Shown here: positions 61,557 through 64,000 of the stretch, piece by piece
Position numbering within the stretch: position 1 is the stretch's first letter
Layout of the letters: each line of letters opens with the position of its first letter
Translations under genes and position numbers: made by a program
NCBI GenBank assembly: GCA_963752595.1
Contig: CAVVYZ010000002.1
Span: 1 to 64,000 of the forward strand
Reading direction: 5' to 3'
DNA from: an uncultured delta proteobacterium
GTDB lineage: Bacteria; Desulfobacterota; Desulfomonilia; UBA1062
DNA: 64,000 bases
The notes under the pieces: generated by a model
Databases searched by the model: none
The model's input: the letters and a program-made list of their open reading frames with translations, nothing else
Told to the model about the DNA's origin: nothing

Positions 61557-63103
61557 CGAAAGACAGGGATTCATTCAGGACAGGCGAGCTCGCTTCCCGC
61601 ATTGAAAAGAACAGGCAGATGGGGGGCGAAAAAAAGGTCGGAAAGCAGCACGACAAGGGAAGGCTCACCGTGCGGGAACGGATCGATCTGCTCCTCGACG
61701 CGGGGAGCTTCGACGAGTACGGCATCCTCGCCCACAGCGACCTTGCGGAAGCTTATGCGAAGACGCCTGCAGACGGAAAGGTATGCGGGTTCGTCCACAT
61801 CGACAACAGAGTCGCGTACGTCTCGGGGGACGATGTTACGGTCATGTCGGGTGCGGGGGGCCGCATCGTGGTTTCCAAGGCGATCAAGAATCTCGAGTAT
61901 GCCGCCAAGAAGGGATTCCCCTGCATCCATCTCGGTGACGGCGGGGGTGCCCGCATCCCGGACACCATGGGGGACGTGGGCATCATGAAGGCCATGGAGG
62001 CCGTGGATGCGCACAACCGCGAAGTGCCGTTCATCGTGTCCATCATGGGCGAATGCTATGGCGGCCCCACCTGGGAGGCGTCGATCTCGGATGTGGTCAT
62101 CCAGGTGAAAGGCTCGGTTATGGCGGTCACCTCGCCGCGGATCATTTCGGTTGCAACCGGCGAAAACTCGACCGATCAGGAGCTCGGGGGCTGGGAGCTT
62201 CATGCCCACATCACCGGCCAGGCGGACCTCTTTGCCGAGAACGAAGAAGAGTGCCTCTGGCTCATACGCCGCCGCCTCGGGTATTTGCCGTCCAACGCCC
62301 GTGAGTTTCCGCCGGTCAAACCCTGTGACGACCCGTACGGGGTAAAGATCGAATCGATCTTCGACGCAGTGCCCGAGGATCCGAAAAAACTCTATGACAT
62401 GCATGACATGCTGGACCTCGTCTTCGACCGCGACAGCATCCTGGAGCTCAAACCGTACTATGACGGCAGCCTGATCACCTGCTTCGGGCGCCTGGACGGC
62501 CGCAGCGTCGGGATCCTGGCGAATAACCCCCTCGTGACAGCCGGCGCCATGGGGCCGGGGGCCTGCGACAAGGCCATCGCCTTCATCTGCCTGTGCGATT
62601 CGTTCAACATCCCCATGATCTTCATCCACGACACGCCGGGCTTCCTCGTGGGAAAGGCTGCGGAGGAGAGGAAGATGCCCTTGAAGATCATGTCCATGAT
62701 CAAGGCGCTCCAGCTGGCGACCGTGCCGGTGGTGAGCCTCATCGTCCGCAAGTCGTACGGAATGGCCCATCACAACATGGCAGGGGGCAGGCTCTCTGAT
62801 TCCATCCTTGCCTGGCCCACGGCTGACATCTCGTTCATGGCGGCGGATGTGGCCATCAACGCCGCATTCGGTCAGAATTTCGCGGATAACCCCGATGCGG
62901 AGACCATGAGAACGGCATTCATGCAGGAGATGTTGCGTAAGGCCGAGCCCTGGGAAGCGGCAGGTTTAAACCTCATCGATAAGGTCATCGATCCGCGTGA
63001 TACCAGGACCGAACTGATCCGGGCGCTTGAGATAGCCCGCGGCAGTTCCGGTGACAGGGGAAAGAGCAGCCGGCTCCTTGCCTCATGGCCCCGGATGGTG
63101 TAA
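61553..63103 (+). CDS. Acyl-CoA carboxylase carboxyltransferase (beta) subunit
   Basis: QHDKGRLTVRERI..LLD.GSF, GGGARI, ELGG, DTPGFLVG, RKSYG and IDKVIDPRDTR motifs; ATGA coupling to the alpha subunit. Confidence 0.92.
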   Translation: MTKDRDSFRTGELASRIEKNRQMGGEKKVGKQHDKGRLTVRERIDLLLDAGSFDEYGILAHSDLAEAYAKTPADGKVCGFVHIDNRVAYVSGDDVTVMSGAGGRIVVSKAIKNLEYAAKKGFPCIHLGDGGGARIPDTMGDVGIMKAMEAVDAHNREVPFIVSIMGECYGGPTWEASISDVVIQVKGSVMAVTSPRIISVATGENSTDQELGGWELHAHITGQADLFAENEEECLWLIRRRLGYLPSNAREFPPVKPCDDPYGVKIESIFDAVPEDPKKLYDMHDMLDLVFDRDSILELKPYYDGSLITCFGRLDGRSVGILANNPLVTAGAMGPGACDKAIAFICLCDSFNIPMIFIHDTPGFLVGKAAEERKMPLKIMSMIKALQLATVPVVSLIVRKSYGMAHHNMAGGRLSDSILAWPTADISFMAADVAINAAFGQNFADNPDAETMRTAFMQEMLRKAEPWEAAGLNLIDKVIDPRDTRTELIRALEIARGSSGDRGKSSRLLASWPRMV

Positions 63104-63718
63104 CGGGGCTTCAGTTCCGCGGTCCGGCCGGAGCAGGAAACGGATGGCATCGAGGGAATTCAGGATGTCTTTTTTGTCCTTGGTCAGCCTCGAGAGCATG
63201 ATCCCGCCTTCCAGGGAGGCGACGATGTGCCGTGCCAGCGGGTACGGCTTCATGTGCGTTGACCGCTCGCCCTTACGGAGCGCCTCTTCCAGCAGGGACA
63301 TTATGAGGCCTGCCCATTGGTCGAAAACCGCCCTGATCGCGCTCTGGAACTCGGCATTCTGGTCTCCCATCTCGAGGGCTATGTTGCCGAAGATGCACCC
63401 GCCTATGAACTTTTTCCCGGAGTGGTATTCGTAGATCGCATCCGGAACGCTATCGAGCTTGGCCATGCCGCTGCGGCCTTTTACACGTGCATTGAGGTAG
63501 GCCATGTACTCCTTGCGTGCTTCTTCGATGAGGGCAAGGGCAAGCTCTTCCTTGTTCTTGAAATGAAAATAGAGATTCCCCCGCTGCACCCCGCTTGCCT
63601 CGATGATGTCCGAAATGCTGGTGGCGTGGTAGCCTTTTGTGTTGAAGAGTTCCATCGCCTCCATGAGGATGCGGGCTCTGGTCCTCATTCCTTTTGAAAT
63701 AACCGTCTTTTCGCTCAT
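63083..63718 (-). CDS. TetR-family regulator (LmrA/NemR-like)
   Basis: LFNTKGYHATSISDII..SGVQRGNLYFHFKNKEEL, GCIFGN and LEGGIML motifs. Confidence 0.9.
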   Translation of the reverse strand: MSEKTVISKGMRTRARILMEAMELFNTKGYHATSISDIIEASGVQRGNLYFHFKNKEELALALIEEARKEYMAYLNARVKGRSGMAKLDSVPDAIYEYHSGKKFIGGCIFGNIALEMGDQNAEFQSAIRAVFDQWAGLIMSLLEEALRKGERSTHMKPYPLARHIVASLEGGIMLSRLTKDKKDILNSLDAIRFLLRPDRGTEAPLHHPGP

Positions 63719-63763
63719 AAAACCTGCCGGTAGGCACCATTACTACCGGTTCCCCGATCCCTG

Positions 63764-64000
63764 TCAATCCTTTTTGTGGCTCTTTCTGAGCTGGTCGAGA
63801 TTGATGCGCATACCTTCCTGAAAAAGGTAATTGATAAGGGGCAGCGACATTTTCTCAGGCCCATAGAGGATGATCTGGACACTGGGGATGGAGAAGTACA
63901 TCAATGCCCTCTTCATGAGCAGGGTATCGGCGAGCTCCCGCGCTATGGGGTGGGTCCGGCCGATCTCAAGTTCCACATCGGCCGGGTTCAGCGAGATGCC
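63764..64000 (-). CDS. 3' end of an unidentified gene entering from the right edge
   Basis: Open frame from the window end to the stop at 63764; family not recognised. Confidence 0.5.
   Translation of the reverse strand, partial: GISLNPADVELEIGRTHPIARELADTLLMKRALMYFSIPSVQIILYGPEKMSLPLINYLFQEGMRINLDQLRKSHKKD

Noticed and set aside
55189-63103. Autotrophic 3-hydroxypropionate/4-hydroxybutyrate cycle (AbfD plus carboxylase plus hydroxyacyl-CoA dehydrogenase)
   Set aside because: No malonyl-CoA or succinyl-CoA reductase or mutase in the window; TetR control and carboxylase architecture fit catabolism better

Overview
64 kb of chromosome from an anaerobic, deltaproteobacterial-like organism (lineage is inferred from gene content: PEP-CTERM protein, RRM protein, class II RNR, CODH/ACS). 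It looks like an imperfectly polished long-read or metagenomic assembly, because many genes carry small indels. In order, it contains: a PEP-CTERM gene with a sigma54-type upstream region; a decayed IS1182-family element (15-bp IRs, 3-bp target duplication); a DUF4382-type lipoprotein preceded by three tandem 20-bp palindromes; nrdJ; a decayed DUF134/NifX/MBL/rhodanese-oxidoreductase operon; bcp; a THUMP RNA methyltransferase; a Lon-type protease; a ~14 kb GC-rich, frameshift-rich Wood-Ljungdahl-type cluster; an M20 amidohydrolase; two hybrid kinases; a giant acyl-CoA dehydratase-activase fusion; a 2-hydroxyacid dehydrogenase with a ThDP enzyme; two tandem QueG/RdhA-like Fe-S proteins with an alkyl sulfatase; a GT2-DedA pair converging on two ArnT-like transferases; and a TetR-flanked acyl-CoA cluster (AbfD-like dehydratase, SDR, 3-hydroxyacyl-CoA dehydrogenase, biotin carboxylase). 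The best candidate for an unusual system is the CODH/ACS cluster (ACT protein, fhs, cooC, MesB-like core methionine synthase, cooC, cooS, acsB, acsD, acsC, acsV). It has no acsE, metF or folD, it embeds a folate-independent methionine synthase, and acsB appears to read through a linker into acsD. No rRNA, tRNA or CRISPR array was seen. All family assignments come from motif recognition by eye, not database searches, and the ends of frameshifted genes are approximate.
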